From the NCBI GenBank assembly GCA_014190575.1, contig BJGQ01000001.1, forward strand, positions 123,664 to 187,663: DNA of 64,000 nucleotides. Direction: 5' to 3'. The position numbers and the translations under genes are program-made. The notes beneath the pieces were generated by a model that was given only the letters and a program-made list of their open reading frames with translations, was not told the DNA's origin and searched no databases. The stretch comes from Bacteroidota bacterium. Lineage in GTDB: Bacteria; Bacteroidota; Bacteroidia; Chitinophagales; UBA10324. Within the stretch, counting starts at the first letter, position 1. Every line of letters begins with the position of its first letter. Positions 54,101 to 63,600 of the stretch are shown in pieces.

Positions 54101-56686
54101 AACCAGAGTTACATCATAACTTCCAACATCATTATAAATATGATTTGGATTTTGTAAAGATGAGGTATTTAAAACTCCGCTGGCGGTATCACCAAAATTC
54201 CACCAAAAAGATACAACTGTTGAAACAATACTTGAAGCCGCTGCATCAAAATCAACTGATAAAGGTGTACAACCACTCAATGGAATACCTGTAATATTTA
54301 AATTCAATCCATATGCATAAATATAGTAAGGTTTGTACATAGTATCTGTACAACCATTCGCATCAATTGCAATTAGTTCAACACTGAATTTTCCTGCTGC
54401 ATTAAAATTCCGACATGGATTCATAATATTACTATTCAAAATCAAAGTACCATAAGCATTGTAAATTGACCATTGATAAGTTGTGGCATTAACTGAAAGG
54501 TTTGTAAAGCATACCTGATCAGGTATACAAACAACAGTGTCATCAGCTATAAAATCAGCAGACACATTATTGATAATAATATTCTGATCCAGCGTATCAT
54601 AGCATCCGGTTTGAAAATTCTGAACCACTAACTCAACAGGATAAGTACCATTTGATGGATAGGCAACTGTTATTACAGAATCAGAAAGAGAAGAAGGAAT
54701 ACCACCCGGAACACTCCAGAAAAAAGTATCAGCGGCAATTGAACTACCTCCATGAAGGGAAATATTATACGGGTCTGCGCACGAGCTAACAACAAAGAAA
54801 TTAGCAATGGGTGGAAGTATATGAACCATTGAATCAATTGTCAATGTATCACAACATCCATTGTTGCAAATCACAAGTGTTACATCAAACCACCCTGTAT
54901 CAGGATACAAATATTGTGGGTCTGATGAGGTGCTCATAATATCAAAAGGTGGCACTCCGATAAAATCCCATTGATAAGATGTAGTTGAATCAGTGCCAGT
55001 AGAAGAATTGGTGAAAGCAACAGGTTGATAAGCGCAAGTGACAGATGGGCTTGCTGTAAAATTCGGAGTTGGATGATTCCCAACACAAACCTCATTAACA
55101 TGAAAAACAGTGTCTGCACAACCCAATGCATTACTAACTATTAAACGAACATTATAACAACCGACATTATTATAAATGTGTGATGGGTTTTGAAGATTCG
55201 AAGTATTTAGCGGTCCGCTTGATGGATCACCAAAACTCCAAAGCCATGATGTTGGAGCACCTGAATTTCCTGTATAAATAAAATTGGTATTAAGTGGGGT
55301 ACATCCATAAGGAGGCATAGAATTAAAACTTGCAGTTGGACAATCAATAATAGCTGCGCTGTCAAAAACAAATGTATCAACACAACCAGCAGGATTGGTA
55401 ACAGTTAAAGAAGCCGAATAAATTCCACAACTATTATATGTAACATTCGGTGGATTTGGGTTACTCCATGATGCAGGAACTCCCCCTGAAAATTGCCAGT
55501 TGTAACTCAACCCCGGACCACCGGTTGAGGTATTGTTGAAGTCAATTATTTGAGGTGGTTGACAGGTATAAACATTTCCTGTTAAAGTAAAATTAGCATG
55601 AGGGTAATTTGCAACCACAATGGTTGTACACTTATTTGCAATGCACCCACCGGGGTAAGTTATTTGTAAGCACACCTGATAACTTCCTGCACTGTTAAAA
55701 GTAAATTGCGCATTCTGTGTATTCGATGTTGCTGGAACTGCATTAGGTGTTGTTGTCCAACCCCACGATAATGGAGGTGACGAAGATATTCCTTGAACAT
55801 CTAAAACAAATGGTACACAACCGCTTGTTGAGTTAACTGTAAAGTCAGCGATATTACTTGCAATAGCTGCAAAATTTGTTTGCACTATTGTATCAGCACA
55901 ACCAGTTGCGTTTGTTACAATTAAAGTTACATCATATATCCCGGGGGAATTATAGGTTGCCGATGGATTCAAGATATTCGATGTTGCTGGTATGCCACCA
56001 GGGAAAATCCACTGATAATTTAAAACTCCTATGCCTGTAGATGTGTTTGTGTAATCAATGGTAAATGGCGCACTACAGGAAACACTTGTACTTGCTGTGA
56101 ATGAAGCATTAGGTTGGTCAGCAATACAAATCAAGTTCGACATCGTTGTGTCATCATTGCACCCATTTGCATCTGTTACTATTAAAGTAACACTCTTGCA
56201 ACCAGAAATTGTATAAGGGTGATTTGTATTAGCAAAATTCCCTGTGTTACCATCACCAAAGTCCCAGAAATAAGTATTGATTGGAGCTGAACCTAAAGTA
56301 GTGGTACTGTTAAATTGTGTTGTTAAGGGAATGCATCCTGTTAATGGATTAGCAGTAAAAGAGGCAACAGGGTTACAAAAAATATTAATTATTTGAGTAG
56401 ATGTATCAATGACAATTCCATTAGTAGCAATTAATGTAACAACAAAATTCCCACATGTTAAATACGAAAACGAAGGACTTTGGAAAGTTGAATTCACTCC
56501 CGGGTTCACACCGAAATTCCATTCATATGTTAAACCAATACCAACAGATTGGTTTGTAAATGAAACTGTAGTAGGAGCGCAATTTGGGTTTTGATAGTTA
56601 AAAGTAAAAGCAGCAGTAACCTGAGCATCTGCCTTAGAAAAGATAATATTTAAAAAAAGAAATAGTAAAATGCGTGTAACCTTCAT
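51113..56686 (-). CDS. giant (1857 aa) PKD-like/Ig-like repeat protein with T9SS type-B CTD
   Basis: The architecture matches the 19930-25647 protein: signal peptide, many 'W(D/N)FGDG'-type PKD-like modules, Ig-like 'CxGxxxQLxAxGGxxYxWxPxxxL' modules, then 'VLYIPNVFSPNANGKNDVF...YDRWGELVFET...GWDGTFGGK...GNVTLVR'. Confidence 0.9.
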   Translation of the reverse strand: MKVTRILLFLFLNIIFSKADAQVTAAFTFNYQNPNCAPTTVSFTNQSVGIGLTYEWNFGVNPGVNSTFQSPSFSYLTCGNFVVTLIATNGIVIDTSTQIINIFCNPVASFTANPLTGCIPLTTQFNSTTTLGSAPINTYFWDFGDGNTGNFANTNHPYTISGCKSVTLIVTDANGCNDDTTMSNLICIADQPNASFTASTSVSCSAPFTIDYTNTSTGIGVLNYQWIFPGGIPATSNILNPSATYNSPGIYDVTLIVTNATGCADTIVQTNFAAIASNIADFTVNSTSGCVPFVLDVQGISSSPPLSWGWTTTPNAVPATSNTQNAQFTFNSAGSYQVCLQITYPGGCIANKCTTIVVANYPHANFTLTGNVYTCQPPQIIDFNNTSTGGPGLSYNWQFSGGVPASWSNPNPPNVTYNSCGIYSASLTVTNPAGCVDTFVFDSAAIIDCPTASFNSMPPYGCTPLNTNFIYTGNSGAPTSWLWSFGDPSSGPLNTSNLQNPSHIYNNVGCYNVRLIVSNALGCADTVFHVNEVCVGNHPTPNFTASPSVTCAYQPVAFTNSSTGTDSTTSYQWDFIGVPPFDIMSTSSDPQYLYPDTGWFDVTLVICNNGCCDTLTIDSMVHILPPIANFFVVSSCADPYNISLHGGSSIAADTFFWSVPGGIPSSLSDSVITVAYPSNGTYPVELVVQNFQTGCYDTLDQNIIINNVSADFIADDTVVCIPDQVCFTNLSVNATTYQWSIYNAYGTLILNSNIMNPCRNFNAAGKFSVELIAIDANGCTDTMYKPYYIYAYGLNLNITGIPLSGCTPLSVDFDAAASSIVSTVVSFWWNFGDTASGVLNTSSLQNPNHIYNDVGSYDVTLVALENHGCYDTLTIPQYVNPYQPNVSFVAIDSTVCLGESTCFFNSSFGGSLSYQWNFGDNATSTQLNPCHTYLSVGDFTVTLIGNDTAGCADTMIRTLYIHVTDPQANFTADSTYSSCPPLPVNFTSTSTGVDANTTYDWIFGDGSNSNVQNPFHIYSLPGFYTVTLIIHNQYGCDDTLVIDSLISITGPTATVSVTPTSGCNPLNVCFVANSNTTTSYTWDFGDGNVVPFANDSICYVYLSPGTFYPSLLLDNGAGCIYSFPIDSIVAGSPNVFWNPDIPYLCNSGTVTFTDSTFGISPITSWFWTFGDSTSGILDTSILQNPLHYYDTIGVYIVTLFVNTQNGCTGVLSDTVFVYPPPTIGITADDLTPCINTPVNFNYNSNQPITNWNWNFGDLASGGNNSSVLSNPSHNFSAVGLFTVTLIASGIGSCADTSTIDVIVLSLPNPNVSTNTPICPNASAQLSSANGITYSWLPATYLNNANISNPISTPLLNITYTVTITDANGCINEDSVSVSIYNAPVITASSLSSDTTCSGVALQLSAGGGNQYVWQPSAVLNNNLIQNPTATIFSNTTFTVTGTDANSCTGTAFVGIIVLPNPTVSGGSNTTICFGDTTQLNASGGLNYSWSPSAGLSNTVIPNPIANPTSTSTYTVTTIDSNNCIGTANVIVLVNPLPLANAGVNDTICLTFSGQLNASGGVTYNWNPPSYLNNSLVSNPICTPLVDMTYTVTVTDANNCSAQDSVKIKVLPPPVFLAWGDTTVCQLQTIEIYASGGTSYSWSPSAGLSNPTESTTLASTFSTTIYSVIITDNVCMASDTLQVIITIVPIPSAYAGPDVTLVSGDSYNINADASGTFSWSPPEGLSCTGCEDPVATPLQNSTYTLSAINEFGCKAEDSMIITVMCNDDVLYIPNVFSPNANGKNDVFKVRSSGIRELNFLRVYDRWGELVFETADQNIGWDGTFGGKQLPPAVYVFYLKAICGDGFIIERQGNVTLVR

Positions 56687-56762
56687 GTGTGTCGAAAAAC
56701 AATGTGCTCAAAGTAAAGGAATTTCTATTAAGAAAATAAATGACTTTTGCTAATCGGTATTC

Positions 56763-56811
56763 ACCATTCAAAATGAAGCTTAACCATTGATTAAAATTAA
56801 TTTACCATTGA
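56763..56811. promoter_or_regulatory. three phased direct repeats ACCATT(C/G)A in the divergent giant-B / HEAT-gene promoter region
   Basis: 'accattca' is at 56763-56770, 'accattga' at 56783-56790 and 'accattga' at 56804-56811. The spacing is 20 and 21 bp, about two helical turns. Function is unknown. Confidence 0.3.
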
Positions 56812-56832
56812 ATTTATTAAAATTATTTCCCG

Positions 56833-57588
56833 ATGTCTTTTTACCAATTAAATAAAACTGAAAGACAAAAATTAGTTACCAAAATCAGTAATGATATTTT
56901 ATCTGATATTGAAAAAGCAACCAATAAAAAAGTAAGTCAATATTTTTCTGATGATGATACTTACATACGGAAAACTGCATATCTCGCTATTGGTAAAATT
57001 TATAAACAAGATAAAAAGTTAAAAAAAATAATTCTTTCAATGCTTAATTCACTTATCAAATCTGATAATGAAAAAATTCGCCAAACAGTTATAAATGCTT
57101 CCGGTGAAATCGGAATTATTGACTTCCGTACTGTTGAGATATTAATGGAAGAAGGTTTATTCGATTCGCATCACTCCGTTCGCAATGCTGTGATCGGTTC
57201 TATAAAAAAGATGGGTGAGAAAAATCTAAAACCGGTTCTCGCTTTCGCAAAAAAATATCTTCATCATAACGACAAAGAAATCCGTCGGGAAATTTGTCAT
57301 GGCATAGAACTCAGAGGCAGGAAAAATCCTGAAGATATTTTACCGTTGCTTAAAGAATTACAGTTTGATAAAACTGCAAGAGTTCGAAATACATTAGTCC
57401 ATGTACTTGGTCAAATTGCTTACAAAAAAGGTTGTCTTGAAATTGTTATTACTGATTTAAAAAACTGGAACAATAAGGAATTGGTTGCAGATGCGTTGGA
57501 AGAAATTATTGATGTGCATGACCGATATAAAAATTTCGCAGTGAAAACTCAGAACGAGGCGAGAAAATACATTGAGGAGAATATTTGA
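56833..57588 (+). CDS. HEAT/ARM-repeat protein (function unknown)
   Basis: 251 aa. It shows repeated helical-hairpin units with 'D..(Y/E/H/A)(I/V)R' signatures (DDDTYIRKTAYLAIG, DNEKIRQTVINASG, DSHHSVRNAVIGSI, NDKEIRREICHGI, DKTARVRNTLVHVLG). Confidence 0.6.
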   Translation: MSFYQLNKTERQKLVTKISNDILSDIEKATNKKVSQYFSDDDTYIRKTAYLAIGKIYKQDKKLKKIILSMLNSLIKSDNEKIRQTVINASGEIGIIDFRTVEILMEEGLFDSHHSVRNAVIGSIKKMGEKNLKPVLAFAKKYLHHNDKEIRREICHGIELRGRKNPEDILPLLKELQFDKTARVRNTLVHVLGQIAYKKGCLEIVITDLKNWNNKELVADALEEIIDVHDRYKNFAVKTQNEARKYIEENI

Positions 57589-57631
57589 TCTTCAAAATTA
57601 ATTTGCTCATTACATAAATTCCTATTTCACT

Positions 57632-60600
57632 TTATCTGATCAATGAAACATTCCCATGTTTTAAAACTTCTTGCCCATTCGCACAAGTTCCTTCAAGGTA
57701 GTAAACAAAAACTGCAGGAGCACATGCTTGTCCATTCCAATTTCCATCCCAACCCTGATTCACATCGTAAGTTTCGAAAACCATTTCTCCCCAGCGGTTA
57801 AATACTCTGAACGCTTTTACCTCACTTAATCCATAAGTTCTTATTCTAAAAACATCATTTTTATTGTCGCCATTCGGAGTGAAAGCATTCGGAACATATA
57901 CCAAGTCCTCATTACAAGTTAAACTGATATGAACTTCAGCTTCTGCACGACAACCTGAAGAGTCGGTTGCAGTCATCACATAAGTCATTGGCGTATTTAA
58001 ATGATTTACAACCGGGTCAATACATGAAGTGCAACTTAGAAAATCAGAAGGTGACCATTGAACATTGCTTGCATTTGTGTAACCATAAAGTTGATAAGTT
58101 GAGCCATACAATAAATCAACATCAGCGCCTGCACTTACGATTGGCAATTGATTAACTGTTACCACCACCGTGTCGGAAGAAGAGAAGCAAATTCCATCGG
58201 TAGAATTTACAATGTATGTTGTAGTTACAGTTGGAGAAGCTGTTGGATTTTGTATGTACGGATTATCCAATCCGGCAGAAGGTGTCCATAAATAATTATT
58301 TCCTCCGAAAGCATTTAACTGTGTTGCGTCATTTCTGCAAAGTGTAATATCAGGGTCGGCAGTTATTGCAAATGGCCTTTTAACTTTTACAGAAACAGTA
58401 TCAGAAGCAGAACATCCGAAACTATCATTCACAGTTAATGTGTAAGTAATATCAAACATTGGAGTGCAGGTAGGAACCTGCAAGGCCGTATCATCTAAAT
58501 AATCTGCAGGCGACCAGTTATAGAACGAAGCTCCATCGCCATGTAATTGTGTAGAATTCGGATAACAAACTGTTTGGGATGGTCCAGCATTTACATTCGG
58601 TTTCAAATGAATATTTATGTTGATGGTATCTTGTCGGTAACAACCATTTTGATTACCTACATTAACTATGTATGTTGTAGATAATGATGGAGACGCCATT
58701 GGGTTAGAGATATACGGGTTATCCAATCCTGTTTGCGGAGACCATTCGTATGATGTTCCACCGTTTGCATTCAGCTGTACAAAACCACCTTCACACAAAT
58801 CAACATCAGGCCCGGCTGCTGCCATTGGTATTTGATAAACTACTATTTCAATAGTTGTTGAATCAGTACAACCAGTACCATTATTTCCGATAATAGTGTA
58901 AGTGGTAGAAACAATCGGAGTTGCATTCACTGTATTTCCGGTGGTTGTATTTAATCCATAAGCCGGATACCATTCATAATAATTTGCGCCACTTGCTGTG
59001 AGAACAGAAGTTTGTCCAACACAAAGATTATTTTGATTTGAAACGGCAGAAATTGTTGGAACAGGATTAATGGTTACTAAGGTTGTATCACTTGCAGTGC
59101 ATCCGTTAGCATCCGTTCCAATTACAGAATATGATGTATTTACTACAGGATTAACTGCAATAGAATCTCCCAGTGCATTTGTTGACCATAAATAATTTAC
59201 TGCACCAGTTGCAGCTAGAGTTGCAAAATCTCCTGGACAAATTACTGGAACTGATGGTATAACAACAGAAGCTATCGGATTAATTAGCACAGGTATTGTT
59301 GTGGCAGACTGACAACCAAAATTATCAAATCCTATTATCTGATAAGTTGTATTTACACTTGGATTTGCTGTTACAAAATTTCCGGTTGTTGCACTTAATC
59401 CTACTGAAGGACTCCAGTTATAAGTTGTTCCGCCAATTACAGAAAGTATTGTTGATTGACCAATACATAAAGTTGAGTCAAGAGCTGAAGAAATAATTAC
59501 AGGTAAAGGCTGAACAGTTACAACGGATGAAGAAGTTGCAGTACACCCATTCGAGTCAATTGTACTGACTGAATAAGTTGTAGTAACTGTTGGATTCGCG
59601 ATTACAGATGCTGTTGTTGTTGAATTCAAATTTGTTGATGGTGACCATGAATAGGTGCTTGAACCCAAAGCATTCAATGTTGCATTTGCGCCTAAACAAA
59701 TCACCGGATTCGTGCTTGTGATTGAGATTGAAGGGACAGGATACACTAAAATATTTACCAACGAAGAAGCTGAACAACCAAGCATATCAACTCCTGTTAC
59801 AGTATATGTGATTGATGAATTCGGTTGCGCCTGAATTGTATTTCCAGTTGTGGTATTCAATCCAATTGACGGGCTCCAGAAATAGTTTGCAGCACCTGTT
59901 GCACTCAATGTTGCTGTTGAAGAAGAGCACAAAGTTGCTGAAGTTGAAGAAGACACTATTACAGGAATCGGATTAACATTTACAACAATCATTGCAATAG
60001 CAGTACATCCATTAATATCAGTTCCGATAACTGTGTAAGTTGTTGTTACAATTGGATTTGCTATAACTGTTGTTCCTGTTGTGGATGATAATCCGGTTGA
60101 TGGACTCCATAAGAAATTACTTGCACCATTCACATTCAATGCAACAGATTGTCCAATACAAATAGAGGTGTCAGAAGAATTTGTAGTGATAATAACCGGC
60201 AATGCTACATCAACCGGTACCGATTGAATATTTGCACAACCATTTCCATCAATTCCACTAACAGTATAAGTTGTTGATGAAGTTAATGAAGCAGAAACAG
60301 TTGCACCAGTTGTGGTATTCAATCCTGTTGATGGAGTCCAAACATAAGTTGAAGCACCGCTTGCATTAATCTGAATTGTGCCACCATTGCAAATGAAATT
60401 ACCTGATGAAATTGCATTGATAATTGGCAAAGGATTTACAGTAACAATGGTAACGACAGTATCAGCACAAGCGCCATTCATTCCAATAACAATATATGCC
60501 GTTGTCGAAGCAGGGTTTACTGAAATAGTATTACCTAAAGCATTGGTCGACCAATGATAATTAGCAGCACCACTTGCAACCAATGTAGCAAATTGACCTG

Positions 60601-63600
60601 CACAAATTGTATCAGTTGAAACTGTTACAATTGGATTTGGAAGTAAAACAATAGGAATAATAGTTTGACCTGAACAACCTGTTGCATTTGTTGCAACTAC
60701 TGTATAAGTAATGTTTGATGTTGGTTGCGCCGAAACTGTATTTCCTGAAGTAGAATTTAAGAAAGTTGAAGGCGACCAAGAATAATTTGTTCCGCCGGTT
60801 GCAGTCATTGTTATAGCTTGCCCTAAACAAATACTGTCGTTAGTTGCAACAATATTTATTAAAAGATTTGGAGCAATAATTACTTCTGAAGTTGTTTGAC
60901 CAGCACAACCACTTGCACTGATTCCTGAAACCGTGTAAGTAGTATTTACTGATGGAGATGCAATAACCACATCACCAGTTGTAACATTCAATCCTGTTGA
61001 AGGTGCCCATGTGTATGTGTTCGCACCACTTGCCATAATTGTAGCAGTTGATGCATTGCATATTGTACTTATGGAAGGATTTACAGTAATAAATGTACTA
61101 CCATTCATGGTGGTAGTTTGTGTATCAATAGCTGAACAACCATTTACATCAGTGTAAGTATAGGTTACTGTTGTAGTTGCCCCTGCAACTTGTGATGGAT
61201 TAAAAATATTTCCGTTCACTCCTACTCCACTAAAAATTCCACCTGCAGGAATTCCAACCAGTGTATCAGCAAGGTTGTTTGTACAATACGAATTATTTAA
61301 ACCGCTTAATGTTGCAACCGGTGAAAGATTAATAGTTACTACAGCAAATGCTGTATCAGTGCATGAACCGTTATTTCCTATTACAGTGTATGTAGTATTC
61401 ACCAATGGAGAAACTGAAACTGTTGCTCCAATCATATTCCCTGGATACCAGGTAAAATTCGCTGCACCAGTTGCAATCAATGTTGCAGATGTACCTGAAC
61501 AAATATTTGCATTATTAACCAAAACAGTTGGAGGTGCAAGCATACTAACAACTGCAACAGCAGTATCAGAGCATGTATTTGCAAATCCGATTACTGAATA
61601 TGAAGTGGTAACTAATGGCTGAACAGTTACTGAATCATTGGTTGATGCAAGTGAAATCCAATCGTAAGTGGTTGCGCCTTGTACAATTAATATAGCAGCA
61701 TCACCTGAACATATTGCCGGATTGTTTACTATAACAACAGGTATAGGGTTTATTATTGCATCCATAGCAGTATCAGCAAAACAGCCATTCGGATCCGTAT
61801 ATGAATAAGTAATTGTTGCAGAAGAACCAACTGCCAGATTAGGATAAAAAATATTTCCACTCACTCCTACTCCACTGAAAATTCCACCAAGCGGATTTCC
61901 GATTAAAGTATCTGCAATTGAATTTGCGCAATAAGAATTATTTAATCCACTGAAATTGACAAGTGGAATTGGATTAACAAATACTATTGCCAATGTTGTA
62001 TCAGTACATGAACCATTGTTTCCGATTACAGTGTAAGTAGTATTTACCGTTGGAGAAACTGATAATGTATTTCCGAATGTTCCAATTGGCAACCATGAAT
62101 AATTTGCCGCGCCATTTGCAACAAGTGTTGCTGATGAACCAGAACAAATTGTATCGTTAACTACAGAAACTATCGGAGGTGCAAGCATACTCACAACTGC
62201 GACTGCCGTATCAGAACATGTATTTGCATATCCGATAACAGTGTATGAAGTTGTAATAATTGGTTGAACAATTATTGAATCATTTGTTGATGAAGGTGAA
62301 ATCCAATTGTAACTTGTTGCACCTTGCCCAATCAATGTTGCTGAATCGCCTGAACAAATTGAAGAATTGTTTGCCACCACATTTGGTTGCGGAATAATAT
62401 TTATCACAACAATTGTATCAGCAAAACATCCGTTTGAATCTATTCCTGAAATTGAATAGGTAGTTGTTACAATCGGTGCAACTGTAACTGAATCACCATT
62501 AATATTTGATGATTGAACTGAAGGTGACCATGAATAGGTAATTGCTCCACTAACAGAAATTGTTGTTGCTGTTCCGGCACATATTGAATCAATTGCAGCT
62601 GCAATTGAAAGTTGAATTGGTGTTGAAACCGAAACAACAACCGAATCTGAACCAATACAACCATTGGCATTTGTTCCATTAACAAAGTAAGTTGTTGTAA
62701 TAAATGGATTTGCTGTTACTACAGAACCAGTAGAATCGCTCAATCCAATTGTTGGTGACCAGCTATATGAAATTCCCCCCGAGGCAGTCAGCGCAGTTGA
62801 TATGCCATTACAAATTGTTGCGTTTGCTGAAGCAACAGAAATTAATGCGCCATTGAGAACCACAGTAGTGTCATTATCAAAATTCGAACAACCAAAAGAA
62901 TCGGTATAAGAATATGTTACATAATATGGACCGCCTGTTCCGGCAATCGCAGGATCAAATGTACTTCCAACTACACCGGTACCAAAAAGAATTCCTCCAA
63001 TAGGGTCTACTATTAATGTATCAATTGATGCATTGGTGCAATAATCAGGTTGCAATCCATTTACTGCAACAATAGGCAATGGATTAACTGTTACTGAATA
63101 CAATGCGGTATCCATACATCCATACATATTCATTCCAGTAAGCGTGTATGTTGTGCTAATTAACGGCGATGCAATTACTGTTGAATCATAATAACTATTC
63201 AATGTGGGGTCAGGAGTCCACATATAAAAATAGGCTCCGCTTGAATAAAGCGTTACATTTTGTCCAATGCAAACTGACTCATTTGCACCATAAATAATAA
63301 GGTTTGGATTAATGGTTATATCAATGGTTGTAAAGCCAGTGCAGCCATTTGCATCTGTACCTATCACTAAATAATTAGTTGATGAAGTTGGTGTAGCAAC
63401 CACTGTTGAACCGGTAGAAGTATTTAAACCGGTAGAAGGAGTCCATTGATAAGTTGATGCACCACTCAAAGTAATAATAAGACTATCACCTAAACAAAGT
63501 GATGGATAAATAGGCGTATTAATAATTGTTACAGGCGCTCCTACATATACAATTGCAGTAACTGAATTTGTGCAACCAATTGTATCAGTTCCAAAAATTG

